This document shows, piece after piece, positions 21,201 through 31,596 of a stretch of DNA of 64,000 nucleotides; position 1 is the stretch's first letter, and every line of letters starts with the position of its first letter. Origin of the DNA: Gammaproteobacteria bacterium (GTDB lineage Bacteria > Pseudomonadota > Gammaproteobacteria > UBA4575); contig CBDCUI010000007.1 of assembly GCA_965222615.1 (NCBI GenBank), forward strand, positions 736,001 through 800,000. The letters run 5' to 3'. The notes under the pieces were generated by a model. That model saw nothing but the letters and a program-made list of their open reading frames with translations, was not told where the DNA came from and did no database searches. A program made the position numbers and the translations under genes.

Positions 21201-21896
21201 TTAATGAGTAGCGGTAAATTCTCTGTATTGTTGATCGCTTTCTGAGTCAATACATTTTCCATTATGTAAACGTACTATGCGTTTGCGCATTCGAGAAATT
21301 AAGTCTAAATCATGGCTAGCAATTAATACGGTCACGCCTACTTGATTAAATTCTGCAAAGAGTTGCATGATCTCAGCTGATAACTCTGGGTCAAGGTTTC
21401 CAGTGGGTTCGTCCGCCAACAGGATTGCAGGCTTATTTACTACTGCACGCGCAATACCCACACGTTGTTGTTCACCACCAGACAGCGTTACAGGCATTAC
21501 TTGTTCTTTGTCTAACAAGTCTACTTTGTCTAGTGCGGCACGCACACGACGGTTGATGTCGGCCTGAGCATAGCCAGCAATTTGAAGTGGCAGTGAGACG
21601 TTGTTAAATACATTACGGTCGTATAATAGATGGTGATCCTGAAATACCACACCCATATGTCTACGCAAGGCTGGAATTTTTCTTTTTGGGATGCGGGTAA
21701 TATTTTTTCGATTGATAAATAACTGGCCACGAGTAGGTCGTTCAATCGCCGCGATCAATTTGAGCAAAGTACTCTTACCTGCACCTGACGGGCCAGTAAG
21801 AAATGCCATTTCTCCTTGTTCTAAGGTTAAATTCAAATGCGAAAGGGCTTCACGATTGCCTGGATAACGCTTAGTGATGTTCTGCAGTTCAATCAT
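21201..21896 (-). CDS. ftsE: Cell division ATP-binding protein FtsE
   Basis: GPSGAGKST, VFQDHHLL, LSGGEQQRV, ADEPTGNLD. Confidence 0.97.
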   Translation of the reverse strand: MIELQNITKRYPGNREALSHLNLTLEQGEMAFLTGPSGAGKSTLLKLIAAIERPTRGQLFINRKNITRIPKRKIPALRRHMGVVFQDHHLLYDRNVFNNVSLPLQIAGYAQADINRRVRAALDKVDLLDKEQVMPVTLSGGEQQRVGIARAVVNKPAILLADEPTGNLDPELSAEIMQLFAEFNQVGVTVLIASHDLDLISRMRKRIVRLHNGKCIDSESDQQYREFTATH

Positions 21897-21913
21897 TGCC
21901 AGACAGCAGTTGT

Positions 21914-22861
21914 TTATGAGATAGTTTTGTCAATGGCTTCACGACCGAGTAGTGCAGCGGCATAATGCCGTGCATCAAACACGCGTAAATCTTCCACCGC
22001 TTCGCCAACACCAATATAACGTATCGGCAATTTTAATTTATCGGCAATAGCAACTACCACACCACCCTTAGCGGTGCCATCCAATTTAGTGATACATAAG
22101 CCCGTGATGTTGAGAGCTTGATGAAACTCGGTAGCTTGTTTGATTGCATTTTGTCCAGTACCACCTTCTAACACTAAGAGTATTTCGTGTGGGGCTTCAG
22201 GTTCAATTTTTTGCATGGCACGCTTGATTTTTTGTAATTCATCCATGAGATTTTGTTGAGTATGTAAGCGGCCAGCAGTATCGGCTATCAAGATATCCAT
22301 TTTGCGTGCTTTGGCAGATTGATAGGCATCAAATATCACGGCAGCACTGTCTGCACCGCTTGCCTGCGCAATGACTGGTACATTAATTTTAGCTCCCCAT
22401 GCTTGTAATTGCTCGACAGCTGCGGCTCGAAAGGTATCGCCCGCAGCTAGCATCACCGCTATACGATGTTCAGCAAGGCGTTGAGCAATTTTACCAATGG
22501 TGGTTGTTTTGCCTGCACCATTGACACCGACCACTAAAACAGTAAAGGGTCTAATGTCGCGCATAAGCAACGGTTTATTACAGGGAAGAAGAATTTCCGT
22601 AATCGCATCTTGTAGTGCATCGTATAACACATCAATATCTGATAATTCCTTGCGCTGTACTCGAGTTGTCAAACCAGTGATAATTTTGTTCGTGGTTTCG
22701 ATGCCAACATCCGCTAGTACTAAGCGATCTTCAAGCTCAGTGATAAGTTCTTCGTCTAGTTCTTTTTTGCCTATTACAACATTAGATAACCCGTCAGTAA
22801 GCGCTTCACTGGTTTTGGCCAATCCTTGTCGTAATCTTGATAAAACTCCGCTCTCAGACAT
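21914..22861 (-). CDS. ftsY: SRP receptor FtsY (short form)
   Basis: GVNGAGKTTT, DTFRAAA, DTAGR, TKLDGTAKGG. Confidence 0.97.
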   Translation of the reverse strand: MSESGVLSRLRQGLAKTSEALTDGLSNVVIGKKELDEELITELEDRLVLADVGIETTNKIITGLTTRVQRKELSDIDVLYDALQDAITEILLPCNKPLLMRDIRPFTVLVVGVNGAGKTTTIGKIAQRLAEHRIAVMLAAGDTFRAAAVEQLQAWGAKINVPVIAQASGADSAAVIFDAYQSAKARKMDILIADTAGRLHTQQNLMDELQKIKRAMQKIEPEAPHEILLVLEGGTGQNAIKQATEFHQALNITGLCITKLDGTAKGGVVVAIADKLKLPIRYIGVGEAVEDLRVFDARHYAAALLGREAIDKTIS

Positions 22862-22957
22862 AGATTTTGAACAAATATTTATAGTATGGTCTAACTAGGA
22901 ATTAATGGCGTCACAATGCGGCGCTAATCCTAACATCAAATATAACGATAGAATGCT

Positions 22958-24316
22958 ATGCAAGTAAGAAAAATTATTCCGCTTTTTATTTTTTTGGTGG
23001 TTTCGCTATCAGTTTATAGCAAAACAATCAGTACGCATGAAAAAATATTTGATAATGGCATGAAAGTGATTGTTAAGGAGGATCATCGAGCGCCAGTGGT
23101 AATTTCACAAATATGGTATCGAGTAGGTTCGGCACAAGAGCATAGTGGAATTACTGGTGTATCTCATGTGCTTGAGCACATGATGTTTAAAGGCACAGAA
23201 AAATATCCATCTGGAACCTTTTCTTCTACGGTAGCGGGAATCGGCGCACGGGATAACGCCTTTACGGGTCGCGACTACACCGCCTATTATCAGCTTATGG
23301 AGAAGAGTAAGTTGGAAATAAGTTTTGAATTAGAATCAGATCGAATGTTGAATTTAATATTGTCACCGAATGATTTTGCCAGTGAGCTTGAAGTAGTAAA
23401 AGAAGAAAGACGTCTTCGAACTGATGACAATCCTAATGCCTTGATCTATGAACAACTTTATGCAACAGCATTTAATAATAGTCCTTATCATCATCCCATT
23501 ATTGGCTGGATGAATGATTTAGATAATCTTCAAGTAGAAGATTTACAAACATGGTATGAGCGTTGGTATACCCCCAATAACGCCACCTTGGTTGTAGTGG
23601 GGGATGTGAATCCACAAGAAGTGTTTGCACTAGCTGAAAAATATTTCGCTGGGCTCGACTCGCGGAAAGTCACTGACAGCAAACCTCGAAAAGAGCATCC
23701 GCAAACCGGTATACGTAGGGTTACCGTTAAAAAAATAGCTAAGCTACCCTATATTATGCTTGGCTATAAAGTGCCATCACTGGCCACAGCAGAACATGAT
23801 TGGGAGCCTTATGCACTGTCAGTTTTAGCCGGTATACTCGATGGTGGTCGCAGTGCACGATTAAGCAAACATTTAGTGCGTGAAAAAGAATTGGTTGCTA
23901 GTGCCGGTGCCGGGTACAACCTCTATGCACGTTATCCAACTTTGTTTTTGTTTGACGGTACACCCGCTGCAGCACACACTATTGAGGAAATCGAAGCAGC
24001 ACTGTATGAAGAAATTAAACAACTGCAAGAAACTTTAGTAGATGAAAAAGAGCTGGAACGTGTTAAGGCACAAGTGATTGCCAGCGAAGTGTACCAACAA
24101 GATTCTATTCAGAGACAAGCTACAGTCATCGGTAGCTTAGAAACCATAGGTTTGGGCTGGCAACTAATGAATGAATACAGCACGCGCATTAATCAAGTTA
24201 CTGCCGAACAAATACAACAAGTTGCAGTTAAGTATTTAGTTGAGCAAGGCCTAACTGTTGCAATGCTTGAGCCATTGGAAAATGATACTCAGACGCAGCA
24301 AGAATCCACACAATAA
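22958..24316 (+). CDS. M16 family zinc peptidase (catalytic subunit)
   Basis: Signal peptide; inverted zinc motif HVLEHMMFKGT. Confidence 0.93.
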   Translation: MQVRKIIPLFIFLVVSLSVYSKTISTHEKIFDNGMKVIVKEDHRAPVVISQIWYRVGSAQEHSGITGVSHVLEHMMFKGTEKYPSGTFSSTVAGIGARDNAFTGRDYTAYYQLMEKSKLEISFELESDRMLNLILSPNDFASELEVVKEERRLRTDDNPNALIYEQLYATAFNNSPYHHPIIGWMNDLDNLQVEDLQTWYERWYTPNNATLVVVGDVNPQEVFALAEKYFAGLDSRKVTDSKPRKEHPQTGIRRVTVKKIAKLPYIMLGYKVPSLATAEHDWEPYALSVLAGILDGGRSARLSKHLVREKELVASAGAGYNLYARYPTLFLFDGTPAAAHTIEEIEAALYEEIKQLQETLVDEKELERVKAQVIASEVYQQDSIQRQATVIGSLETIGLGWQLMNEYSTRINQVTAEQIQQVAVKYLVEQGLTVAMLEPLENDTQTQQESTQ

Positions 24317-24351
24317 TTTATTTTCTAGAATTACTTTACAAGAATAATTTT

Positions 24352-25659
24352 ATGGAGCTTAAGCTATATACTTTTCTAATAGGCCTATGTCTGACTAACA
24401 TTGTCAGTGCTGCACCGGATATTCAGCAATGGCAATCTGAAAACGGTGTGAAAACATTATTTGTGTCGGCACTTGAATTGCCGATGGTTGATATCGCTAT
24501 CACTTTTGATGCCGGTAGTGGACGGGATGGGGAACTTGCCGGTTTATCACAGCTTACCCATAGCTTGTTAAATTCTGGTTCGGGTCAGTTAGATGCCGAT
24601 GCCATCGCTGAAAAATTTGAAGACGTTGGCGCTCAGTTTAGTGCCAGCGTAAATCTAGACCGCTCTAGTGTTGCATTACGTAGCTTGACCGATGAAAAAC
24701 TATTTAATCAAGCCCTAACTACTTTTATCGCAATACTTACCCAACCTAGTTTTCCAAAAAAAGATTTTCAACGCTTAAAGAAACAAGCGCTTATTGCAAT
24801 TAAAGATGAGGAACAGCGCCCCGGTGATATTGCCACTAAAGCATTTTATAAAGCAATTTACAACGAGCATCCCTATGCACAACCGACCTTAGGTAATCAA
24901 AACAGCATCAATACGATTCAATTAAAAGATATTGAAAATTTTCATCAGCAATACCTAGTTGCTGAAAATGCACTGATTGCTATCGTCGGTGGTATCGATA
25001 CAAACAAAGCCAAACAAATTGCTAATCAAATTGCATCGAGTCTAGCGCGTGGGCAAAAACCTGCACCCATCGCTAAACCTAGCCCTCAATTATCCGCGCA
25101 AGACATTTTTATTCCTTATCCGTCTCAACAAGCGCATGTGTATTTAGGACAATTAGGCATTCCACGTGGTGATCCCGATTATTTTACTTTGTATACAGGA
25201 AATCATGTGCTTGGAGGTGGCGGTTTTACCTCGCGTTTAGTAAAACAAGTGCGCGTTGAACGTGGGTTATCTTATAGCGTATACAGCTACTTTTTCCCCA
25301 TGCAATTAAATGGTCCATTTGTGTTGGGCTTACAGACACGCAGTGATCAAGCACAACTTGCTGCCAAGGTTTCATTAGATACAGTAAAAAAGTTTATTGA
25401 AAAAGGTCCTACGGTAGAAGAATTGCAATTAGCAAAAAATAATATTATTGGTGGGTTTCCCTTACGTATTGATAATAATCGTGACATCTTGGGCTATCTA
25501 TCTTTGATTGGTTATTACGATTTGCCACTCGATTATTTAGAAACCTTTACAAAAAATATTGAAAAAGTTACTCAAAAAGATATTCGAGAAACCTTCAACC
25601 GCCGATTGCAATTAAATAATATGATAAAGATTATTGTTGGTGGTTCAGAAGAAGAATAG
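24352..25659 (+). CDS. M16 family peptidase (non-catalytic partner)
   Basis: M16 features, GGGGFTSRL..RVERGLSYSV; no HxxEH. Confidence 0.9.
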   Translation: MELKLYTFLIGLCLTNIVSAAPDIQQWQSENGVKTLFVSALELPMVDIAITFDAGSGRDGELAGLSQLTHSLLNSGSGQLDADAIAEKFEDVGAQFSASVNLDRSSVALRSLTDEKLFNQALTTFIAILTQPSFPKKDFQRLKKQALIAIKDEEQRPGDIATKAFYKAIYNEHPYAQPTLGNQNSINTIQLKDIENFHQQYLVAENALIAIVGGIDTNKAKQIANQIASSLARGQKPAPIAKPSPQLSAQDIFIPYPSQQAHVYLGQLGIPRGDPDYFTLYTGNHVLGGGGFTSRLVKQVRVERGLSYSVYSYFFPMQLNGPFVLGLQTRSDQAQLAAKVSLDTVKKFIEKGPTVEELQLAKNNIIGGFPLRIDNNRDILGYLSLIGYYDLPLDYLETFTKNIEKVTQKDIRETFNRRLQLNNMIKIIVGGSEEE

Positions 25660-26203
25660 TTTACGTATTATTGGCGGCACTTGGCGCAGTCGTCGTATTC
25701 AATTTGTCGATCATCCTGAAATTCGTCCCACGCCTGACCGTGTGCGCGAAACCTTATTTAATTGGTTGTCTAATTCGATCAATGGTGCCAAGTGTCTAGA
25801 TGTATTTGCCGGAAGTGGTGCGTTAGGATTTGAAGCTGCATCACGAGGCGCCAGTCAAGTGGTGTTGGTGGATAAGGACAAATCCTGTATTGAAATGTTG
25901 CTTAAACAGAAACAGTTACTCGATGCACAACAGCTTGAAATTGTACATCAAGACGGCTTGCAATATTTGCAACAAACCACACAGCAGTTTGATTTGGTGT
26001 TTTTAGATCCGCCCTTTAACAGCGGACTACTTCGGCAAGCCTTACGGTTCTTGAGCGAAGGTTCGATCATGGCGCCTAAGGGGTTTGTATATATTGAAAG
26101 CAGTGTACAAGAAACAGCCTCTACTAGTTTGCAGAAGTTACATTGTCTACGTGATAAAGTAGCTGGAGAAGTGCATTATGGGTTATACGAAATTTCAAAA
26201 TAA
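25634..26203 (+). CDS. rsmD: 16S rRNA m2G966 methyltransferase
   Basis: RIIGG, RPTPDRVRETLFNWL, FAGSGALG, DPPF. Confidence 0.96.
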   Translation: MLVVQKKNSLRIIGGTWRSRRIQFVDHPEIRPTPDRVRETLFNWLSNSINGAKCLDVFAGSGALGFEAASRGASQVVLVDKDKSCIEMLLKQKQLLDAQQLEIVHQDGLQYLQQTTQQFDLVFLDPPFNSGLLRQALRFLSEGSIMAPKGFVYIESSVQETASTSLQKLHCLRDKVAGEVHYGLYEISK

Positions 26204-26252
26204 TTTCAATAATTGTAAATAATTTCACCACTAACAAAGCGCTTCATATTAG

Positions 26253-26759
<507 letters not shown>

Positions 26760-26772
26760 GTGCTATCGGCTG

Positions 26773-28476
26773 ATGTATCGAGCAGTTGTATTTACCTCAC
26801 TACTTTTTTTAAGCGCCTGTGGATTTAAAGGCGAATTAGTAAATGAAACCCCTCTTCCACCTAACTTTGCCGTGGCTAGCGCCCATCCACTTGCGACCCA
26901 GGCCGGGATCGAGATTTTGCAGCAAGGCGGCAATGCCTTTGATGCAGCAGTTGCTGTAACTGCGACATTAGCTGTGGTGGAGCCTTATGCCTCTGGTTTA
27001 GGCGGCGGTGGGTTTTGGTTGTTGCATCGTGGCGATACCCAACAAGACATCATGATTGATGGACGCGAAATGGCACCAAGTAAAGCCACACAAGATATGT
27101 ATCTAGGTGCGGATGGAAAGCCAACGGATCAGTCGGTGGAAGGGCCTCTAGCGGCAGGTATTCCCGGTGTGCCGGCAGGCATTGTACATATCTCCAAGCA
27201 CTATGGTCGTTTACCATTGAGTACCAGCTTGGATTTTGCTATCCGGGTCGCACATGAGGGATTTGCGATCGACCAACGTTATCATCGCTTAGCTACTGCA
27301 CGTTTAAAATCGCTGCAGCAATCTGCACAGACCGCGGCAATTTTTCTTACTCAAGGCGAAGTTCCAAGCGTAGGTTATAACCTTAAGCAGCCACAATTGG
27401 CACATGTCTTAGAACAGATTCGTGACCTAGGTGCAAACGGCTTTTATCGCGGTGCTGTAGCACAAAAATTGGTGAGGGGGGTGCAACAAGCCGGAGGCAT
27501 CTGGCAATTAAAAGATTTGCAGCAATATCAAATTAAAGAACGCCAACCTATCTTTGGTCAATATGGAGATATCAACCTTGTAAGTGCTGCACTACCGTCT
27601 TCAGGTGGCATCGTGTTGATACAAATGCTGAATATGTTGGCAACGCAGGAGCTTGAAAATTTACATGGCGCACAACGTATTCATACACTGGTAGAAGTCA
27701 TGCGGCGTGCCTATTCCGAGCGTGCCAAACACCTAGGTGATATGGATTTTATAGAAGTTCCCATTGAAAAATTGTTATCCGAAGACTACGCCCAACAACT
27801 TATAGCCGATTTTAATGTGCACACCGCTACTCCCAGTCAAAACTTTTTAACCGACCCGGTATTATTGGATGGGGATGTGCAGCAGGAAGGGCAAAATACC
27901 ACGCACTTTTCTATTATCGATCAACATGGTAACTATGTCGCGGCAACATTATCGATTAATTATCCCTTTGGCTCTGGTTTTGTGCCTGCGGGTACCGGTG
28001 TGTTGTTAAACAATGAAATGGATGATTTTGCTGTTCAGCCGGGCCATCCAAACTTATGGGGCTTAATCGGTAGTGAGGCCAATGCCATTGCACCGGGCAA
28101 GCGAATGTTATCCAGTATGTCGCCGACTTTTTTATATGACGACAATCGAATAGCTATTTTAGGTACGCCGGGAGGGAGTAGGATTATTACCATGGTGTTG
28201 TTAGCAGCATTGGAATTTGCAAAAGGTGCCAATGTACAAACTATGGTTGAATTGCCACGCTTTCATCATCAGTTTTTACCAGATCAAATACAGTTTGAAA
28301 GCAACGCACTGGATACGGCTACGCAAACGGTGCTGATTAATATGGGGCATCAGCTACATGAGATGCAACGCAGCTATGGCAATATGCATGCAATCATGTG
28401 GGATAAAAAAACTAAGCAAGTAACTGCTGCAAGTGACCCACGCGGCATTGGTCATGCACAAGTTGGTCCACATTAA
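26773..28476 (+). CDS. ggt: Gamma-glutamyltransferase
   Basis: GGNAFDAA, TTHFS, NNEMDDF, LSSMSP, GTPGG; lipoprotein-like LSAC. Confidence 0.95.
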   Translation: MYRAVVFTSLLFLSACGFKGELVNETPLPPNFAVASAHPLATQAGIEILQQGGNAFDAAVAVTATLAVVEPYASGLGGGGFWLLHRGDTQQDIMIDGREMAPSKATQDMYLGADGKPTDQSVEGPLAAGIPGVPAGIVHISKHYGRLPLSTSLDFAIRVAHEGFAIDQRYHRLATARLKSLQQSAQTAAIFLTQGEVPSVGYNLKQPQLAHVLEQIRDLGANGFYRGAVAQKLVRGVQQAGGIWQLKDLQQYQIKERQPIFGQYGDINLVSAALPSSGGIVLIQMLNMLATQELENLHGAQRIHTLVEVMRRAYSERAKHLGDMDFIEVPIEKLLSEDYAQQLIADFNVHTATPSQNFLTDPVLLDGDVQQEGQNTTHFSIIDQHGNYVAATLSINYPFGSGFVPAGTGVLLNNEMDDFAVQPGHPNLWGLIGSEANAIAPGKRMLSSMSPTFLYDDNRIAILGTPGGSRIITMVLLAALEFAKGANVQTMVELPRFHHQFLPDQIQFESNALDTATQTVLINMGHQLHEMQRSYGNMHAIMWDKKTKQVTAASDPRGIGHAQVGPH

Positions 28477-29128
28477 TCCACTAATATCTCAGAATAAATC
28501 AGAGTTTCCTCAAGTGAAGGTTGTTTATTTTGCCAGTCCCATGTGTTCTTGGTGTTGGGGATTTGCCCCAGTAATGCAAAAAATCAAGACTATCTTTGCA
28601 AAACAAATTAAATTGCGCTTGGTACTGACACCGTTTCGAATCGATAACACCACACCTATGGATAAGAGCTTACGCGATTATGTATTACAACAGTGGTACA
28701 AAGTTCATCACACTACAGGACAGTCATTTGATTTTAATTTTGCTATGAGCGCTGATTTTATTTATAACACCAAGTCAACCTGTCTTGCCATTAAGGCATT
28801 TTCTCAACAACGACCCGAACTTGAACTTGAATTTCTAAACTCTATACAAGCGGCTTTTTATACTGAAAACTTAAATGTAACCAATGAGGAAATATTAGTT
28901 GATTTGTTACGTCCTTATTCTGTAGATATCGATCAATTTATCCAGGACCTACATGCGAAAGCCGTGCACAATCTTCTTGAAGAAGACTTTAATTTCTGTA
29001 AACAACTAAAAGTTGATGCTTATCCGACCTTGGTGGGGATGAAAGAAGACTCAATAACAGTGTTGACGCATGGCTATATGCCCTGTGCAGATCTGGAAAT
29101 AAAACTGAAAAGTTGGATAAGGGATTAG
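28433..29128 (+). CDS. DsbA/thioredoxin-fold protein (start uncertain)
   Basis: SPMCSWCWGF and YPTL motifs. Confidence 0.85.
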   Translation: MTHAALVMHKLVHINPLISQNKSEFPQVKVVYFASPMCSWCWGFAPVMQKIKTIFAKQIKLRLVLTPFRIDNTTPMDKSLRDYVLQQWYKVHHTTGQSFDFNFAMSADFIYNTKSTCLAIKAFSQQRPELELEFLNSIQAAFYTENLNVTNEEILVDLLRPYSVDIDQFIQDLHAKAVHNLLEEDFNFCKQLKVDAYPTLVGMKEDSITVLTHGYMPCADLEIKLKSWIRD

Positions 29129-29158
29129 CTAAACAACAAGCTGCCAAGAGTGTTCAAA

Positions 29159-29338
29159 TTACGATTTACAATCACTACTATCAGATTTTAAAGAGCTACT
29201 TAGGTTATTGCGAAGAATCTCAATTTGCCAAGTTTGTAAAGTATTCGTATCCGTCAGCATCAAGGTATTGTCATCGATCACTTCGATCGAATAGCGATCA
29301 AGATCGGTAGCTTCCAATGTCGGGGTTTTTGTTGTCAT
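29159..29338 (-). CDS. Small hypothetical protein (59 aa)
   Basis: Manual translation MTTKTPTLEATDLDRYSIEVIDDNTLMLTDTNTLQTWQIEILRNNL...; fills the gap, weak RBS. Confidence 0.45.
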   Translation of the reverse strand: MTTKTPTLEATDLDRYSIEVIDDNTLMLTDTNTLQTWQIEILRNNLSSSLKSDSSDCKS

Positions 29339-29533
29339 GACTATAATCCAAGTGCCGCATTTTAAAAGGGTTTTATCTGTGGTACTCAGGGTTTAGGACG
29401 TATGGACAGAACCAAAATATGAATGACTTGTACCTGGGACAACTGGTATATATTGACTACTGAATGGTAACCCTATGATTAGCAGTATTATTAATTGGAG
29501 TTATTTTGAAATTTAGGGCAACTGATTTTTTAT

Positions 29534-30346
29534 TTAATGCTGACAATGTGAGCAAAAAAAACTACTGCGTTGACCTAGCACCCGTGCTTGAATTGGACTG
29601 CCACATTGTGGACAGGGCTGACCTTTTTTATTGTAAACATTGAGCTGATTTGCAAAGTAACCAGGGTTGCCGTCTTCGCGCACAAAATCACGCAAGCTGG
29701 TACCTCCCATATCGATGGCATTTTGTAAAACTTCTTTTATTTTAGTTGCGAGAATTGCATAACGTTGACTAGATATTCTACCGGCAGCACGCTGTGGATG
29801 TATGCCACTTAAAAAAAGTGCTTCACTGGCATAGATGTTACCGACACCTACCACGACATGACTATTCATAATAAAGTTTTTAACACTTACTTTTCTTTCT
29901 TTGGCACGTAAATGTAAATATTTACCATCGAAGTCTTCATTAAGTGGTTCGGGTCCTAGCTGACTCAATAATTTGTGTCGCAATGGGTCTTTACGCGTCC
30001 ACAGAATGGTGCCAAAGCGGCGTGGATCGTGAAATCTTAAAGTTTGATCACCGAATACAAAATCTACATGGTCATGTTTTCTTGGATTGGTATTACTCGC
30101 AACAATGCGCAGACTACCTGACATACCTAAATGTAAAATAATATGGCCGGCGTCAGTTGCAAACAGCAGATATTTAGCACGACGTGAAATGCTATTAATG
30201 TGCTGATTTTTAACTAGCGCATTCAGGTTCCTGGGGATAGGCCAACGGAGTTGTCGTTGACGGAGGATAACTTTATTTATTTGTTTGCCATGTATATGGG
30301 GGGTAATGCCGCGTCGTGTGGTTTCAACTTCGGGTAATTCTGGCAT
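29534..30346 (-). CDS. mutM: Formamidopyrimidine-DNA glycosylase
   Basis: MPELPEVE, HLGMSG, GVGNIYA, C-terminal zinc finger. Confidence 0.98.
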   Translation of the reverse strand: MPELPEVETTRRGITPHIHGKQINKVILRQRQLRWPIPRNLNALVKNQHINSISRRAKYLLFATDAGHIILHLGMSGSLRIVASNTNPRKHDHVDFVFGDQTLRFHDPRRFGTILWTRKDPLRHKLLSQLGPEPLNEDFDGKYLHLRAKERKVSVKNFIMNSHVVVGVGNIYASEALFLSGIHPQRAAGRISSQRYAILATKIKEVLQNAIDMGGTSLRDFVREDGNPGYFANQLNVYNKKGQPCPQCGSPIQARVLGQRSSFFCSHCQH

Positions 30347-30360
30347 AACACTTAAAAGTG

Positions 30361-31386
30361 CTAGGCTTGATAAAAGGCTTCAATTTCGACTAACAAATCT
30401 TCTCTACACATATCGCCGAGTAATAAAATTCGTGGTGTAGTGCCAGAAAGGCGTGCTGCTAATATTTTTTTAATATGTGCAACATCTTTGCGATGTCGAA
30501 TGTATACCTTCATGTAGAGTAAATCGTCTTGTGCATTGAGCTGGGTCTGATGTTGATCGTTAGCATGTGCAACTAAAGTTTCTACATTGTTGATGGACTC
30601 GTTGAGTTGTTCACAGACATCATCGACATGTTGGGTTTGATGTCCAACAATACTTGCCGTACCGGAGACATAAAAATGGGTGCGGTTGCCCCAGACCTTA
30701 AGTATGCCGCGTGAGAATAATGGTCGTTTTAGTATGTCGTTAACGGGATAATGATAAGCACTGGTTTGCCGCGGGTTTTCTACCGCAATGCCAGGTGTAT
30801 CACTGGCTAAAAAGTAAACTTGCAGCACTTGCTGTTGATTGCCGATTACGGTAGCGGCTGGGTAGATTGCATTATCGATATTACACTTCTGCATGGCATT
30901 GAGACGAGCACGGCAAAATAATTCATAACGATTTGTGTGTGCATAACCTTGCACAATACTCGTTATGCCAGGAAAGTAATTCCAAGTACGTAATAAATGT
31001 TTACAACCTGCTTTAGCTAAACATTCAAATATTTCTTGATATGCCTGTTCGCTACCATAAATAAAACTTTCATCATCTGTACAGGGCAACTGAACATGAC
31101 CAAAAAGCATTTGCGCATTACCTGCATAGTGCACGTTTTTATAAGTGCTGCGGTTGACTTCTTTATCGGTAAACCAATATTGGGAAAATAAATTCGATCC
31201 CAGCACATTTAAGCTGGTTTGAATCGATAAATGATGGTCATGGATGTGATTGTCCTCGTCACTCTGACCGAAATATAAATACGTCAATAATGGTTGATCG
31301 GTTTGCATCGGTGTAGGATCTTCACTGACAGCAATGTTTAAATTTGCTGTTGCCGAAGTCAGCTCATTAATGGAAAGAGAAGTCAT
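30361..31386 (-). CDS. FkbO/Hyg5/XanB2-like chorismatase
   Basis: LLRTWNY, YPAATVIG, ENPRQTSAYHYP, FSRG, SGTASIVG, CREDLLVEIEA. Confidence 0.85.
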   Translation of the reverse strand: MTSLSINELTSATANLNIAVSEDPTPMQTDQPLLTYLYFGQSDEDNHIHDHHLSIQTSLNVLGSNLFSQYWFTDKEVNRSTYKNVHYAGNAQMLFGHVQLPCTDDESFIYGSEQAYQEIFECLAKAGCKHLLRTWNYFPGITSIVQGYAHTNRYELFCRARLNAMQKCNIDNAIYPAATVIGNQQQVLQVYFLASDTPGIAVENPRQTSAYHYPVNDILKRPLFSRGILKVWGNRTHFYVSGTASIVGHQTQHVDDVCEQLNESINNVETLVAHANDQHQTQLNAQDDLLYMKVYIRHRKDVAHIKKILAARLSGTTPRILLLGDMCREDLLVEIEAFYQA

Positions 31387-31460
31387 AGTTTTTACTGTAG
31401 CGTGCTTTGCTGAGAGTCGCTAGCTAGTAGTATCATTAATTCATGGATTAGTTTTATTTT

Positions 31461-31596
31461 TAAGGGAGCCCTCATTTATAGTAACAGCGACTGAGACGAG
31501 GCAAAAAATGTCAAGAAAGCGGAGTTTGCACATTACGTAAATGAGCATTTTGAGGCATTTTTTAACAAAGCATCAGAATAAATCAGGGCTTCCTTA
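31461..31596. mobile_element. MITE-like palindromic element, copy 2 (136 bp)
   Basis: Terminal inverted repeats TAAGGGAGCCCTCATTTAT / ATAAATCAGGGCTTCCTTA; homologous to 7327-7429. Confidence 0.82.
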
